A DNA stretch of 64,000 bases, taken from the NCBI GenBank assembly GCA_951406725.2, contig OX597814.1:160642001-160706000 (forward strand). The letters are read 5' to 3'. Numbering within the stretch: the stretch's first letter is position 1; the number at the start of each line of letters is the position of its first letter. Below are positions 63,811 to 64,000 of the stretch, in pieces. The stretch is from Octopus vulgaris (Eukaryota). Made by a program: the position numbers and the translations under genes. Below the pieces are notes generated by a model that ran no database searches, had not been told where the DNA came from, and saw nothing but the letters and a program-made list of their open reading frames with translations.

Positions 63811-64000
63811 TGTAAGATAAGAAGCCTGTGAGTGAGTGAATAACAAAGTGTAAAAATCATATATTCAAAACAAAACACCTGAATGAATTAAATACATTCA
63901 CAGATCAAGAAAAGAAAATAATGCCCAAGGTTCCTCATAAGATGCTTTCTTTCTTCAATTACCCATATCTACATCTACATTTGAAGGCATGTGGCTTAGT

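Noticed and set aside
63491-63878. Minus-strand ORFs as a further upstream RalGPS exon
   Set aside because: Low-complexity repeat translation; the expected ...RRFN[QH] exon was not found between 61645 and 64000

Overview
AT-rich, microsatellite- and SINE-dense eukaryotic DNA. The repeat families suggest a coleoid cephalopod, most likely Octopus (inference). The main feature is the 3' portion of a minus-strand RalGPS gene (Ral GEF: CDC25/RasGEF domain plus C-terminal PH domain). I traced 13 coding exons from 61644 down to the stop at 18493. All have GT-AG boundaries and compatible phases, and together give 455 codons plus stop; the 5' exons lie beyond the window. Introns and flanks contain a full-length but decayed IR/DR-type Tc1 (DD34E) element, a maT-type (DD37D) transposase fragment, a MITE with an 8-bp TSD, Helitron-like elements, LINE fragments, several tRNA-derived SINE families, a SINE-derived 184-bp tandem array with ABC-ABC higher-order structure, and a 19/25-bp minisatellite. 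The most interesting unannotated signals are (i) several unrelated short elements with minimal hammerhead-ribozyme folds (Penelope-like/retrozyme-like), some as inverted pairs and some with a CCGANGA core variant, and (ii) a ~7 kb repeat-poor, hairpin-rich stretch downstream of the RalGPS stop that may be a long structured 3' UTR. Most ORFs in the supplied track are spurious.
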